This document shows positions 31,259 to 32,000 of a stretch of DNA of 32,000 nucleotides, in pieces. The stretch spans positions 2,220,001-2,252,000 of the forward strand of contig NC_011979.1 of the NCBI RefSeq assembly GCF_000022265.1, read 5' to 3'. Position numbers and translations under genes: made by a program. Under the pieces are notes generated by a model that saw only the letters and a list, made by a program, of their open reading frames with translations, was not told where the DNA came from and ran no database searches. Positions within the stretch are counted from its first letter, which is position 1. Every line of letters starts with the position of its first letter. Source of the DNA: Geotalea daltonii FRC-32. Its GTDB lineage: Bacteria; Desulfobacterota; Desulfuromonadia; Geobacterales; Geobacteraceae.

Positions 31259-32000
31259 CGGCTACCTCCGCTTTGTCCTCTGGTCACGCTCCAGATAAGA
31301 AATCTGGCCAGGGCGTTGATGACGAGGGTCACCACCAGCAGGATCAGGCCGATTTCCATCAGTGCCGAAGAATGGATATTGGAGGTGGCTTCGGCAAACT
31401 CGTTGGCAATGACGCTGGGCATGGTGTAGGCGGGGGAAAGGAGTGACAGTGATATCTGCGGCGTGTTGCCGATGACCATGGTTACCGCCATGGTTTCGCC
31501 GATGGCCCGGCCCATGCCGAGTATGACTGCGCCGAGAATGCCCGATTTGCCGTAGGGGAGGACCGCCATGCGGATCATCTCCCAGCGGGTGGCGCCAAGT
31601 GCTATTGCCGCTTCCTTCTGGCTTTGAGGCACTGCCAGCAGCACCTCACGGCTGATGGAAGTAATGATCGGCACCACCATGATCATGAGGATGAAGATGG
31701 CGGCCAGCATGCTCACCCCGTAGGGTGCCCCCTCAAAAAAGGGGAGAAAGCCGAAATGGTCGATGAGAAACGGCTGAACAGTCTTCTGCAGCCAGGGAGC
31801 CATGACCAGTACCCCCCACAGGCCATAGATAACGCTGGGGATGGCCGCCAGAAGTTCCACCAGGGAGGCTACCACGGCGCCTACTCTTTTCGGGGCTATC
31901 TCGGTAATGAAGACGGCGCTGCCGACACTGAGGGGGGTGGCCAGGGCAAGGGCCAAAACGGATGAAACCACGGAGCCGTAGATGTAGGGGAGGGCGCCGA
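31255..32000 (-). CDS. pstC: phosphate ABC transporter permease PstC (C-terminal ~248 codons; gene runs off the right edge)
   Basis: The frame stays open beyond the track's GTG at 31971 (upstream codons read GALPYIYGS). Permease loop KEAAIALGATRWEM. Confidence 0.9.
   Translation of the reverse strand, partial: GALPYIYGSVVSSVLALALATPLSVGSAVFITEIAPKRVGAVVASLVELLAAIPSVIYGLWGVLVMAPWLQKTVQPFLIDHFGFLPFFEGAPYGVSMLAAIFILMIMVVPIITSISREVLLAVPQSQKEAAIALGATRWEMIRMAVLPYGKSGILGAVILGMGRAIGETMAVTMVIGNTPQISLSLLSPAYTMPSVIANEFAEATSNIHSSALMEIGLILLVVTLVINALARFLIWSVTRGQSGGSR

Overview
32-kb window that looks like a Geobacter/Desulfuromonadales-type chromosome; that taxon call is a low-confidence inference from gene content. 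About 90% is coding and most genes are on the minus strand. Left to right: (1) a sulfur-trafficking operon, cysE / Rrf2 (IscR-like) / NifS-IscS-type cysteine desulfurase / mnmA, with a readable sigma70 promoter overlapped by an IscR type-1-like operator; (2) a REC-GAF-PAS-HisKA-HATPase hybrid sensor whose H-box histidine is replaced by Asn; (3) ctpA / miaA / GT2-like glycosyltransferase; (4) a dispersed phosphate-starvation locus: OprO/P-type porin, a small Zn-ribbon ORF plus pstS, a second pstS behind an orphan phoB, and pstC-pstA-pstB-phoU. These units carry a recurring CTGTAACA-based 7+4+7 Pho-box-like promoter layout; (5) a tightly packed seven-ORF minus-strand cluster of CBS-PP2C phosphatase, GHKL Ser-kinase-like protein, STAS protein, a 48-aa micro-ORF, a degenerate-GGDEF/EAL protein, an alpha/beta-hydrolase-like protein and a GH3 adenylating enzyme. 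It also sits behind a Pho-box-like promoter; (6) a small accessory stretch: SAP-domain miniprotein, M20 peptidase, mazEF, small SAM methyltransferase; (7) three tandem HAF-repeat paralogs (8 x 43 aa each) lying between the methyltransferase gene and phoU. They were expanded by a segmental duplication that copied the last ~66 codons of phoU, now a frameshifted relic. Non-coding items of note are inverted arrays of a GTTCGAN heptamer between pstB and phoU, and a ~185-bp nested-palindrome element between the SAP-domain gene and phoB. No rRNA, tRNA, CRISPR array, transposase or integrase was seen. All family calls rest on motif reading by eye; no database search was possible.
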